A stretch of DNA of 44,036 nt from Candidatus Heimdallarchaeota archaeon (GTDB lineage: Archaea > Asgardarchaeota > Heimdallarchaeia > Hodarchaeales > Hodarchaeaceae): contig JBHLSH010000025.1 of assembly GCA_048881705.1 (NCBI GenBank), forward strand, positions 1 to 44,036. The letters are read 5' to 3'. Under the pieces are notes generated by a model, which did not search any database, had not been told where the DNA came from, and was given only the letters and a program-made list of their open reading frames with translations. Position numbers and translations under genes: made by a program. Of this stretch, positions 43,797-44,036 are shown piece by piece (position 1 is the first letter of the stretch; the number at the start of each line of letters is the position of its first letter).

Positions 43797-44036
43797 AGAG
43801 CTGCTCCTGATTTCCAAATTATAAAGAATCAATCTTTTCTAGTAAAAGAAAATCTATTCGGTGAAAAAGATTATGTCCTCTCTGAAACAATATCTTACAC
43901 TCAAAAGCTGGTTTATTTTTAATGCAGCTTTATACATTTTGGTTGGCTTGCCCTTTCTCGTTGACCCAGTAGCTTTAGGTGCACCTGTAGCATCATCTGG
44001 TGATATCTTTACAATACATGCCTGGAGATCGTATGC

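Noticed and set aside
43854-44036. Open minus-strand frame running off the window end (AYDLQACIVKISPDDATGAPKATGSTRKGKP...)
   Set aside because: Could be the 3' end of a gene starting outside the window, but it is too short and motif-free to support.
1-44036. tRNA, rRNA, IS elements, integrases
   Set aside because: No cloverleaf, rRNA-like segment, transposase/integrase motif or terminal inverted repeat with target duplication was found by eye.

Overview
The window looks like a gene-dense chromosomal segment of an Asgard archaeon, probably Heimdallarchaeia/Hodarchaeales-like. This is inferred from a Rab-like and a second small GTPase, a TPR+longin-like protein, a uDENN-like protein, an archaeal-type ScpA and several PGF-CTERM-like surface proteins. 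I saw no rRNA, tRNA, CRISPR array or transposase. Main candidates: (1) a kleisin-KITE locus with one ScpA and two divergent tandem ScpB paralogs, one carrying long acidic disordered tails with a 75-bp tandem repeat, suggesting a heterodimeric Nse1/Nse3-like KITE, interleaved with a TrmB-winged-helix/hendecad coiled-coil protein; (2) an orphan T6SS-tube Hcp homolog with an N-terminal signal peptide/anchor, co-oriented with a CTERM-anchored surface protein; (3) an accessory block (~28-40 kb) with a stand-alone ThsB-like TIR protein, a zinc-ribbon-less TFB-like gene coupled to a uDENN-like gene, a LuxE/LuxC fatty-acid-reductase pair without luciferase, and a TetR-linked rifampicin-phosphotransferase-like enzyme. 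All family calls come from motif recognition by eye; no database search was run.
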